Assembly: GCF_006345805.1 (NCBI RefSeq)
Contig: NC_043013.1
Span: forward strand, 41,354,001 to 41,418,000
DNA length: 64,000 bases
Reading direction: 5' to 3'
DNA from: Octopus sinensis
Taxonomy: Eukaryota
This document shows, one piece after another, positions 50,916 to 62,799 of this stretch. Made by a program: the position numbers and the translations under genes. The notes under the pieces are model-generated. The model was not told where the DNA came from, did not search any database, and was given only the letters and a program-made list of their open reading frames with translations. How positions within the stretch are numbered: the first letter of the stretch is position 1; the number at the start of each line of letters is the position of its first letter.

Positions 50916-52215
50916 TAAAGAAATATATCTATCTACCTGTCTATCTCAGTGGCTGGCTGGCTGCTGTACGGCTGAGTGCCTGTTTATCTATTTATTTATT
51001 TATTTATCTATGTGTTTGTGTGTGAGTTTGTGTGTGCAGGTCTTATGCATGTGAATCTCTTCCAACACTCCCTATACGACCTTGTATTCTCTCCTGCCGC
51101 CGTAAAATTAGATTACTGGAACTACACCCATCCATGACTAGATATGGGGTGAACACTGGAGTGAACACTGGATTTGAACTCAGAATTTAAATAGCCGGAA
51201 GATATACCGTAAAGCAATTTTGAAGACGCGGTGACAATTCAGCTACATTCCCCTTCTGCAGAGCCTGGGGAAATGAAGTGCTTTGCTGAAGAATACAACG
51301 CGCCTTCCGGTAGTGAGTGCAACACATTAACCAGTATATTGTGTTCTAAACACAGAACATCCATGAGAAATATTCTTTATCGAAATTAGTTTGTTTCAAT
51401 CGATCTTATATAACTTTTAAATCAAACAATATCCAGTATAATTTCTCATCCCAATATAGTTAACTCGTTGCGGTTTATATCCCCAGAAAAATGACGGATA
51501 ATACTCTCACATGCAATTTTACTTGCAATCCCATCGTGTTTATGATCACCCAATGTTTCCTTGTGTGTCATAAATTAAGTTTGTTCGATGCCAAAATGTT
51601 TGCTTTTCCACATATTAGAAAATTGGCACAAAATAATTTTCGAAAGGAATTGAAAAATCTTAATATAATAGCAATTAATTCCAGACGAATGCCGCTGTAA
51701 GTTTTGCTTATCACGTTGTATTTACATTAATTATGGTACGTACATGGCAATAAATATAGTCATGTACAGTTTCACGTTCGCACACACATACACAATAATT
51801 ATCAAAATCAGTTATACCCATTATATATATACTGCCATAATGATTAAAAACAAATGTCGCTTCCACATTGAAAACTACTTATTTATCCCTTCAATGCAAC
51901 TACTTTCTTCTTTATGGCACATACTTAAAGGGAATTTTCATAGATGATGTTGCAACAAGTTATAATGGCCTTACTGAGAGCTCCTTTAAGAATAGATTCA
52001 TTCAGTAATACATATCGAGTATCCCTACTCTTAAACGTGTTTTAAGTAAGGCGTACAAACGAAACAGTTATATCAGTGTGTTTAGCATTTGGGAGAAAGT
52101 CATGTAGATATTTACAGGGACTGTTAGTCAAATTTCGACACATTTACATAAATATTAACTATTTCCATAAATATTGTATCGTATATCAATTGCTGTAATG
52201 CTTGATAACAACATA

Positions 52216-52637
52216 GCCGTAGGAGTGGCTGTGTGGTAAGTAGCTTGCATACGAACCACATGGTTCCGGGTTCAATCCCACTGCGTGGTACCTTGGGCAA
52301 GTGCCTTCTACTATAGCCTCGGGCCGACCAGAGCGTTGTGAGAAGATTTGGAAGGCGGAAACTGACAGACGCCCGTCGCATATATGTATATATATATGTA
52401 TGTGTGTGTATATGTTTGTGTGTCTGTGTTTGTCCCCCAACATCGCTTGGCAACCGATGCTGGTGTGTTTACGTGCCCGTAACTTAGCGGTTCGGCAAAG
52501 GAGACCGATAGAATAAGTACTAGGCTTACAAAGAATAAGTCCTGGGGTCGATTTGCTCGGCTAAAGGCGGTCCTCCAGCATAGCCACAGTCACATGACTG
52601 AAACAAGTAAAAGAGTAAAAGAGAGTAAAGAGTAAAG
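52216..52637 (+). mobile_element. Full-length family A SINE
   Basis: gccgtaggagtggctgtgtggtaag...ggttccgggttcaatccc head; tail agtaaaagagtaaaag. Confidence 0.9.
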
Positions 52638-52640
52638 GGT

Positions 52641-52918
52641 AACCGCCGAAAATATGAAAGGCAAAGTCGACCTTGGCGAAATTTTATCTCAGAACGTAAA
52701 GACGGACGGAATGCCGCTAAGCAATTGAGCCCAGTGTGCTTAGGATTCTGCCAGCTCACCGCTTTACCTATTGTTATATGTCCATTACAGTTGTCGGCTG
52801 GCGTCAAGAATCGGTCGGTGTTTCGTATCACGCTTCCGCTAATTTTTGTACATAATTAGAGATATACATATATGTGTATGTGCGTGTATAAGCTAACATG
52901 TTATATATTTACTGGTGT

Positions 52919-52956
<38 letters not shown>

Positions 52957-54616
52957 CTGTGTGTGTGTGTACGTGTACCTGTGTGTGCGTGTGGTAATGT
53001 AAGCGTTAATTGTATTAAAACATATATCTGTGTCCCTGAGCACGATAAATGGCAACAACATAAAGTTTTGTCTATATTATCTACAATAATATCCTTGCGT
53101 AGACTTTTTTTCTTCTTTTGTTCTTTTTCATACATGCTTGTACGGGAGGGGGTCAAATTTATCCTGGCTTTGGGTACAAGAAAATGCAGGAGGATCAATT
53201 AATTATGATTTTATTCAACATATTCTCCTCTCAGATTTACACACTTATTGCAGCGGTCCTTCAGTTTTCCTAAACCCTGCAAAAGAACTCGGAAGTTTTG
53301 GCCTCCAATCAGGCCATTTGCGATACCCTCAAAGCCAGGAACTTTCAAACCCCTTCCTGTATGTTTCTGTGTGTGTGTGTGAGCTTGTATGTGTGTCTGT
53401 CGGATGGGTTATGCGACGCACACACAAATATATGTATATATATATATTTCCAAAACTCCCCGCGATAGGCGAAAATCTGCGAAGTAGAAACAGTTCTGCA
53501 CTGTATATTGTTTTTACTGTTTTTATAATTTGTATATATTCATATTATTATAAATGCAAAATAAGACCACGGAGGGATCGGCGTAAGCTTAAACAATAAA
53601 CCGCCATTAGTGAAACGGGAAATGGCGAGGATTAATGTATGTGTATATATATATATATATATATATGATAGATCGTTAGCCACTACACACATTTTTTTTC
53701 CTTGTTTCTCTCCTTCTTTTTTCTGTGTCCCTTTCTGTAGAAGAACGTCGGCTCGAAACGTAAAAGACTTTTTCTATTCCTGAGCGTTATACTAATACAT
53801 CTGTTTGTTTTGTACACCACCTGTCTTCGTCTTTTGTTTTTTTCGTAAACTCTCCCTGTATATATATATGTGTGTGTGTATACATATATATATATGTATG
53901 TATATTGATAGATAAATACATACGTATACACACATACGTACATATACATCTCCTCGTACCTTTCTCCCTATTTCATCAGCCCTCCTCCTCATTTCCATTT
54001 CTTCATTTCTTTCCTTGTTTCTCCCTGTCTTTCTCTATAACCAGCTATCATCCCTAACATATATGTGTGTGTATGTATGTGTGTGTTTGTGTGTGTGAGT
54101 GTGCGTGTTTGTGTGTGTGTGTTTGTGTGTGTGATTGTGCGTATGTGTGTGTGTGTGTATCTTATGCAGGTATGAGGTTAAGTTGTAGGGCTAGCTCAAG
54201 GTCTTAAACCGTAGATACGCTGCATTGTACTCTTGAGCAAGTATCTTCATTTCACATTGCTGTAGTCTTTTTAACTGAAATGAGTGCCAGACAAATACTG
54301 GTGCAGTTACCTCTCCGTCGTGCTGGTCACATGCTGGATATTCCTCCGAGTCATGCTTGAAAGACAGCGAGGCCGTCTGTGTCTGCTCACGACTACTTTT
54401 CGAATTACAATAATTAGCGGAAGCACAATACAAAACACCAACCGATTCTTGACGCCAGCCAACAACTGTAGTGAACATATAGCAAAAGGTAAGGCAGTGA
54501 GCTGGCAAAATCGTGAGCACCCGCCGGGCACAGTGCTTAGCGGCATTCCGTCCGTCTTTACGTTCTGAGATAAAATTTCGCCGAGGTCGACTTTGCCTTT
54601 CATATTTTCGGCGGTT
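52641..54616. repeat. Inverted duplication: arms 52641-52850 and 54406-54616 (family B SINE 5' part plus unique flank)
   Basis: aaccgccgaaaatatgaaaggcaaagtcgacc...gccgctaagca is nearly identical to the reverse complement of 54536-54616; the flanks (gctggcgtcaagaatcgg...cttccgctaatt) also match. Confidence 0.85.
53665..53857 (+). mobile_element. Family D Penelope-type element (hammerhead 53731-53766), between (TA)n tracts
   Basis: cttt-CTGTAGA-a-GAAC-gtcg-GCTC-GAAAC-GTA-aaag. Confidence 0.8.
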
Positions 54617-54714
54617 GATAAAATGAGTACCGGTTGAATCCTGAGGTCGGTCTAATCGACCTAAACCCTCCCCTAAAATTGCTGGCTTCGTGCCGAAACT
54701 TGAAACCAATATAT

Positions 54715-55015
54715 GCTTGTTCCTTCTCGAGCCATGTTTGGCTCATAAGGGCCGGTTTCCCGGTTTCATTGGCTTAGAAGGTTCCCCACCTGGACGGGAC
54801 ACCGGTCCGTTGCAGGTGAGCTGCTAGATGCAGGAACAAAGAGCGAGAGCAAGTTGTAGCGAAAGAGTCAGCAGAGGTTCGCTATTACTTTCTGCCGGAG
54901 CCGCGTCGAGCGTAGGTGTTTCGCTCATAAGCACAAATCGCCCGGTATGAGATTCGAACTTGCGGTCCCTGGACCTCGAGCCGCTAATCTAACTACTAGG
55001 CCATGTGCTTCCACG
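54715..55015 (-). mobile_element. Family C SINE with V-domain-like 3' part
   Basis: Homologous to 8787-9086; tail-to-tail with the family B copy at 54495-54712. Confidence 0.8.
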
Positions 55016-55337
55016 AAACCAATATATAACAATAGGTAAATTCAACATGTTTATATGTGTCCTACGTAGGTTTTCACATTATGTAAAATTTTCCTGCTGA
55101 GTGGATGGACCATGTGACATTAAATATCAGTGTTAAACATAATATGTCGAATTAGTAAAGCCAGTTCTTTGAACCCTCTACATTTGATTTGTGTAGGAAC
55201 ACATTGGCTGTATGTTTCTCAGGGAATGTTGTATTGATCTAAGCACCACTGATGTAATCCCAATAAATGTCGGAAATCGTTGAAGGCTGTTCGCTGAAGT
55301 AGGTAAATTTGACACGTTTCGAAGCCTACTCAGTTGG

Positions 55338-55404
<67 letters not shown>

Positions 55405-55611
55405 ACACACGTACACACAATAACACACACGCGCGCATGCACGCACGCACACACGAGAAAATGCAAAAACATATACACACACACGCGCACACATAGATAT
55501 AGTTATATATCCTAAATACAATGACATTTACATAGTCATGTATATATATGTGTGTATGCGTGTGTGTGTGTATATATATATGCGTGTGTGTATGTGTGTG
55601 TGTATACATGT

Positions 55612-55752
55612 GTGTGTGGTAAGATGCTTGCTTCCCAACCACCTGGTTCCGCGTTCGGTCACACTGCCTGGCACCTTGGGCAAGTGTCGTCTACTGTAGC
55701 CTCGGGCCGACCAAAGCCTTGTGAGTGGATTTGATAGACGGAAAAGTGGATA

Positions 55753-55784
<32 letters not shown>

Positions 55785-55998
55785 ATGTATTTGTGTGTCT
55801 GTGTTGGCCCCCACCACTATCGCTTGACAACCGATGCTGGTGTGTTTACGTCCCCTTAAACTAGCTGTTCGTCAAAAGGACCCGATAGAATAAGTACTAA
55901 GCTTACAAAGAATAAGCCCTGGGCTCGATTTGTGTGACTAAAGGCGGTGCTCCAGCATGGCCGCTGTCAAATAACTGAAAGAAGTAAAAGAATAAAAG
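55612..55998 (+). mobile_element. Family A SINE
   Basis: gtgtggtaagatgcttgc head to gaagtaaaagaataaaaga tail. Confidence 0.8.
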
Positions 55999-56012
55999 AT
56001 TATATATATGTA

Positions 56013-56048
<36 letters not shown>

Positions 56049-56346
56049 TGTATGTATGTATGTATGTATGTATATGTGTGTGTATATATGTATATGCACA
56101 CACACATTAACACATATATACGTAGACACATACCCGCATGTATTTGCCTATATACATATATACACACGCGCGCGTACCTGCCTATATCATCTAACCTGAG
56201 ATTTAAATGATGACACAGTTATAAAATGTTTCCATAACAGACATCATACTTTCGCCCGAAAAATTGTGCTGTCAGTCACAGGTAGCATTTGTTTTCCAAA
56301 CTTTTTTATTGTTACTCGATCATCTGGTAAATATATATATATATAT

Positions 56347-56407
<61 letters not shown>

Positions 56408-57139
56408 ATATATATAAAAGTCAGAATTTGGAATAAAAGATAGCAATAAAAATATATAGAAACCAACATTATTACTTGTCTTTTCTCTCTCTGTCTTTCT
56501 CCTCAAATCTCTCTCTCTCACAATCTCTCTCTCTCTCTCTCTCTGTTTTGCTTCATCTCTAATCTTTTCTTTCACAGTATGTTATGGTTCTCTTTGTCTC
56601 TCATCAGTTCTCTTCCTCCAGAGACAGTTGATAATGCAATATAATTGTACGACAAAATGCTTAGGTTATTTTATGGGAATACGAAAAATATACAAAATTG
56701 AATTTAAAAACATTGCTGCTTTATTTTTCAAAATAGATTTTATATCCGCCTTGGTCTGTGAGATTACGAACGACAACAACGTCAACATCAATGACAACAT
56801 AACATATAAATAATATATGTCGTTTTGCTGTTGTTTGTGCTATGCTTTCAGAATATACGGCGGACAGACATACAGACAGACAATTGACACATATATGCGC
56901 GCATACGCACCTGCGCGCGCACACAGTTGTATGAAACTGTCTGTTTAAGAAGTTCGCTTTGAAAGCATGGCGATCCAGATTCAGTCGCATCGTGGGGCAC
57001 TTTGCGTATGTGTCTTTTACTAAAGCCGCCGGCCAACCAATGCACTCTGAGTAGATTTTGTGTATATAAGTACATAGATACATTGATACATACAAGCATG
57101 TATGTATGTATACATACGTACATTGATTCCTACACACAT

Positions 57140-57446
57140 ATATACATACATACATGCATGCTTACATACATACATACCTACATACATAAATACATACATA
57201 CATACCTACATACATACATACATACATACATACATACATACATACGTACATACATAAATACAAACATACATACATACGTACATACGTACATACATACATA
57301 CATACATACATACATACATACATACATACATACATACATACATACATACATACATACATACATACGTACGTACGTACCTACGTACATACATACATACATA
57401 CATACATACATACATACATACATACATACATACATACATACATACA
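57140..57446. repeat. (TACA)n microsatellite
   Basis: Direct reading. Confidence 0.95.
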
Positions 57447-58814
57447 ATTCTACCTCACTGACACGTTTAACACAACCAACGTTCACCCTGAGTGTCTTCT
57501 ATGGAGACCACTCTGCTGAATTCGCGCTAGTTTTATCGTTGAGGATACTTTCCTCCTCTCCTCCCACCAGTTTTAAGGGTCCTGTAACGGGTCAGCGGCA
57601 CTTTCGTTTCCCCTGACTAGAAAATGAAAAACAAACAAAGAAATCAAGGGAACCTTCTATAGCCTGTTAGTGCATACGTAACACAATACCTCCACAGAGA
57701 CACACTGCAATTAATGAGGTACTGCAATGTCAGGATTAGAAAAGACCATAGAAATTGACCCTTTATTTTTAAGTAGGCATAGTGTTGGAGGCAAAAGTTC
57801 CATCAAAGAGATTCTGCTCAATCCATGTAATGTGTTAGAAAAGTTGTAGCATATATCTTGTTCAAATAGAGCACTAAACGCTAGGCATTGGCATATGACT
57901 GGTTTTGTCTAATTTTATCTAATTTTATCCTTTCAGGGCCGCAGGACGAAATTTATAACCACAGTATTATTGGTGTCTAAGCTGTTAGATTATTTATCTG
58001 TTATTAAGCGCTAGGGTTAATTTCAAAATATGCCAAAAGCACAAGCACGAAAGACAAAGACTTGCTAAACATGTCGACCTAGGAACAGATTTAAAGTAGA
58101 ATTTGAAGAGATGAAAGATGAATTTGCACAGTGGGATGCGCAGAAGACATGTCGATCAATTAATGGGGATCATGTCGTTGACAAATATTATATGACACAG
58201 CTTGGTTTGTCATCTGCAAACCTGATTGGAACATCAAAATTTGTTTGACCGCAATGAACAGTTTTGAAAACGTAGCTCCAGGAAATAAAAGAAACTATCA
58301 AAGGAAGATAGAAACTTGAAGTACCACATCAACCAATTCCGATTACACAAAAAATAGTTGATAAACATCACAAAAACAATTCTAAAGTGAAAATGATAAG
58401 AAAAGAAAACAGAAGAACTATAATGGACAGTACATAGGAATGACTGATATGAAAGGCATTTAGGAAGACAGAGAAAGGGCCTTATCGCCGTCGTGTCAGC
58501 TGAGGATAACGAAATGATCTCAGACAAAGTAAGGGTATTGGCGTGATAAACTGAAAAGGCTCAGCAATTATTCAATATAGCAGGTTTTATAGATCTTGTG
58601 GGACTTGACAAGAGCCAACAACGCAGTGTCAGTGAGTCCTCGACGTGATATTTAAAATGGAGGAAATGCTGGTGTATATTCTTATCTCACTGGTGGTAGA
58701 GCTTCTGGTGCGGCATGTACTTTTCGCTGAAATCTGGGAAGACGGTGGATTTAATGTGACAACCCATCCAGGACAAACTGAAAGGGGATTCGACATTGGC
58801 TGGGCTGGACTGGG

Positions 58815-59130
58815 CTGGACTGGGATGGGATACTCCGTTGGCTACGACCACAACGAGGATTCGAGTCGTCCGAAAAGCGGCACAGCCTGCTTGTGAAATT
58901 AACGCGGAAGTGGCAGAGCACTCCACAGGCATGCGTATTCAGAATGACACAGAATATGACAAGGCTGGCCCTTTGAAATTCAGTTAAAACTCATTTTTGC
59001 CAGCTGAATTGACTGGAGCAATGTGAAATAAATGTCTTGCTCAAGGGCACAACGCGCCACTGGGAATCGAACTCTCGAATTTACGATCGTGAGCTGAATA
59101 CCCTAACCACCAAGCCACGCACCCTCAAGG
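58815..59130 (-). mobile_element. Family C variant SINE
   Basis: actccgttggctacgacc...gggaatcgaactc...cctaaccaccaagcc. Confidence 0.75.
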
Positions 59131-59586
59131 GATTCGCCACTAGAATGGTGGTTTTTTTCTTTGTTTTTGCTTTTAGAAAAACAAAAGAAAGATAAAACAG
59201 ACTACGGAAATTATAAATGTGTATCGCTTCTAATAGTAGCAGAGTAAACACTTGGTCGTATCCTTTTCAACAGACTCACTGTCCTCATGATGGTAGTCTC
59301 TCGTAGTCCAGACAGTCCTGCAAGTTTTTGTCGAACAACCTGTACAAGTATTTGGTTTATAGTGATCAAATATTTCTGTTGTACATTAGCTCACTCCATC
59401 AAATCGACGTAGCCTGAACGGGTGTGCCACATGCCAGGTATCAGAGAGCAACATGCGAAGTGTTTTGCTCAAGAACACAACGAATTACTCGGTCCAGGAA
59501 CTGAAACCACGATATCACGATCGGAAGCGCAAAATCTTAACCACAAGGCTATGCGCCTTCACACTGTCCACATAACCCAAAATATA

Positions 59587-60881
59587 TTAGGTGGTCAAGT
59601 AGGAAATTTGTAGAAAAGAGAAAAAGGTTTGCTGATGTTTTATAAATACAAGGAATAGTTTTATTCATCAAACTATGCACCCATATTGTCAATACACCTT
59701 TGCCATTTTAGTGGTAGCTTGTCAAGCCCGGAACTGTAAAAGCCTGGCAATCTAGAGTCAATAAAATATTGGAGGCCTGTTTCACACCATCGTCAGAATT
59801 AAATTTTTTTCTTATCAAAATGTTATCCAAATTCTGGAAGAAGTGGTAGTCAGTGCGAACAAGATCAGGTGAGTATGGTGGATGGTGGAGAGCTTCCAAC
59901 TCCAGCTCCTATAGTTTCGCCAATGTCATTTTTGCGATGCGTGGTCTGGTGTTGTCTTGCAATAAAATAGCAGTGGATCTGTTGTCTAATCTAGGCTGTT
60001 TTTCTTTTTGTAAGTTTCTGCATCATTTGGTCCAGTTGGCTGCAGTATACTTCGGCCGTGATTGATGAGCCAGGTTTAATGAAATCATATTGGATCACAC
60101 CTGCGCCAGACCACCAAACACACACCATCAGCTTCTTTTGATGAATTTTGATTTTTGGACTTTGTTTTGGTCGCTCGTCTTTGTCCAACCACTGTACTAG
60201 ACGTTTACGGTTGATGTATTGGATCCATTTCGCATTACATGTTGCAATTCGATTAAAAAATTATTCATTTTTGTGACGAGAAAGTAGCATAATGCAGTCT
60301 TCCAATCGTTGCTGTTTCTGATTTTCATTGAGTTCATGTGGAACCCACTTATCCAACTTTTTCACTTTACCGATATGAACTAGGTGAGTCAATATCGTTT
60401 GCTTGCTAACAACAAACAACGATAATTCATGGGCACTTTGAGATGGATCTGAGTTGACGGTAGCTTTCAGTTCGTCATTAACCATCTTCGTTTCTGGTCG
60501 ACCGCGTTGCTCATTTGTGAGGTCAAAGTTACCAGAATGAAATTTTGCATACCAATTTGATACTGTCTGCTGTGTAATAACATTGGAATGAAATACTCCA
60601 TTAATATTCCGAGCTGTCTGTGACGCTGTATTTCCAAGAAAGAACTCATATTGCAAAACTGTGCGAATTTCCGGCTTATCCATCTTTAAACAAAAATAGC
60701 AAAAAAAAAAAAACGATTTATAAATATTTTATAAAACGCAAAATGAGTTAGAATAAAGAAATAGATGTGTCAGCTTTCTAGGGAAATATAAAGATTGTCA
60801 AAATATAATAATGGCGCAAAATGAGACAGCTGTCAATGTTTACCATATATCTTAGTATAATTTTTATACTTGTCGACCTAA
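59587..60881 (-). mobile_element. Full-length mariner (DD34D) transposon with inactivated transposase
   Basis: TIRs ttaggtggtcaagta / tacttgtcgacctaa with TA TSD. MDKPEIRTVLQYEF..., KWVPHEL, LLQDNTRP...HPPYSPDLVRTDYHFF (34 residues between D and D); internal stops and frameshifts. Confidence 0.92.
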
Positions 60882-61109
60882 TAATACCAGAAAGCGACAT
60901 TATCATTTTCGACCAAATTGGATTCCAATAGACATTGTCTTTTGTAGACATAGACTCACAGTTATTCGAATTTAAATTTTACAGATGTTAAAAGTTTTGT
61001 AAATCTGTAAAGTTTACTCCTTGATATACAAAAGGACGAGATGGCCCCCGGATGGAACATTCGCGGACATAACAATACTCAATGAGGGCTGTCTGAGAGT
61101 AACAAAATT

Positions 61110-61335
61110 TATTTCCCGTTGCTTCAGTTTACACGGCTGGCAAAAATGAGTAGTACCTGTAATTCAATGGGCCACCTTTGTTACATTCTGTCTCCTGCTA
61201 AATCTCCCTAAGAACTACGTTAAGGGTACGCGTGTCTGTGGAGTGCTCAACCACATGCAACTTAATTTTATGAGCATGACGTCCCGGTAATCGGATCAGC
61301 TGAAACCCTAGTCGTCGTAACCGACAGAGTACCAG
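61110..61335 (+). mobile_element. Family C variant SINE, 3' part
   Basis: ctggcaaaaatgagtag...aactacgttaagggtac.cgtgtctgtggagtgctc...gtcgtcgtaaccgac.gagt. Confidence 0.7.
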
Positions 61336-61479
61336 GGATATATTGGGTTCTACTCCAACTGAGTTCACGTACTTTATTCATTTTATCCTTTCTCATATCA
61401 GTGAATATACTTCGAAAATGTTTTGTTGGAAAAATGGGAAGTGTAGATAACTTTAATCGAAACTTACAACAATAACAGC

Positions 61480-61705
61480 AACAACAACAACAACAATAAC
61501 AAAAACAATATACTTCTTCTTCTTCATCTTCTTCCTTCCAACCTTCCTCTTCATATATTACTACTACTGTTGCTGCTGCTGTAACTGCTGATACTACAAC
61601 TACTACTACTACTACTACTACTGCTGCTACTACTACTACTACTACTACTACTACAACTACTACAACTACTACTACTACTACTACTACACTACTACTACCA
61701 CCACC

Positions 61706-61749
<44 letters not shown>

Positions 61750-61845
61750 TGCTCGTACTACTACTTCTACTACTACTACTACAATAATAACTACTACTAC
61801 TACTACTACTACTACTACAATAATAACTACTACTACTACTACACC
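61480..61845. repeat. Compound trinucleotide microsatellite (CAA/CTT/TAC/TAA)
   Basis: Direct reading. Confidence 0.95.
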
Positions 61846-62468
61846 AGTTTTATAAGGAATAATTTTCCCTCGAAATAAAATCAAATTTATCGATTTTTTT
61901 TCCATGTATAAAAGAAAATTGTGGTTTTGTTGAAGCATAAAATGAGTAATGGTAGTATGGGAGCGTGTGTATATATGCATGTATGTGTATGTCTATGTGT
62001 ATGTATATGTTTGTGTCTGTATGTGTATATTTTCGTGTGTGTAGATGTATATGTGTTTCTACGCACGTTTACATAAAAGTAAGTGAAAGGTGGAGGAGGA
62101 AGCGGGGGAAGAAAGTAAAAGGGTGAAAACTAAGAAGGACAGAAACTATTAAGAGAGAGAGAGAGAGAGACAGATAGACAGACAGATAGAAGGAGGTGAG
62201 ACAGACAGACAGAGATGGAGGGTGAGAGAGACTGGTGTTGTAGTTAGAGAAAAATGGAGATGCATGAATGTGAGCGGACAGCTATAAAGACAACCAACGC
62301 ACTCACATACACACATATATATTTGAACACACACGGACACATATATATTACATAATACATTATACTTGTGTCATAAATATATCATATATGATATAGATAT
62401 ATGTTTCATATTATATACTATATGTAGATCATTTATTTTATACACACACATATATATATATATATAGC

Positions 62469-62499
<31 letters not shown>

Positions 62500-62799
62500 T
62501 AGATAATTATATATATATATATACATATTTTTAAGTATATATATATATACACAAGTATGTATACATTATACATATATTGTATATGTATGTATATACAGAG
62601 AGAGAGAGAGAGCAAGAGAGAGAGAGAGAGAGGGACCGAGGCATATACCAATAGGTTTTATATATATATACAGACATACACATACATACAGCACATCATA
62701 ATATATATTACTTTAACTATAACAATGTTACAGGGAAATACAATTTCTGTAGTAACCGGATTATTTGAAGTAAAGTTCATCCCAGCAACACAATAGTAG

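Noticed and set aside
51688-51710. 12-nt microexon candidate (ccag|ACGAATGCCGCT|gtaagt) and 15-nt candidate at ~46838 (ttag|GCACCAAATGGAATG|gtaaat)
   Set aside because: Such short AG...GT matches are expected by chance in 64 kb; the pyrimidine tract is weak for the first and there is no supporting gene context.
58645-58896. ORF with signal-peptide-like N-terminus (MEEMLVYILISLVVELLV...)
   Set aside because: It has no splice donor, runs into a (TGGGC/TGGAC) repeat and a SINE, and lies in an alternative frame of the decayed coding-like region.
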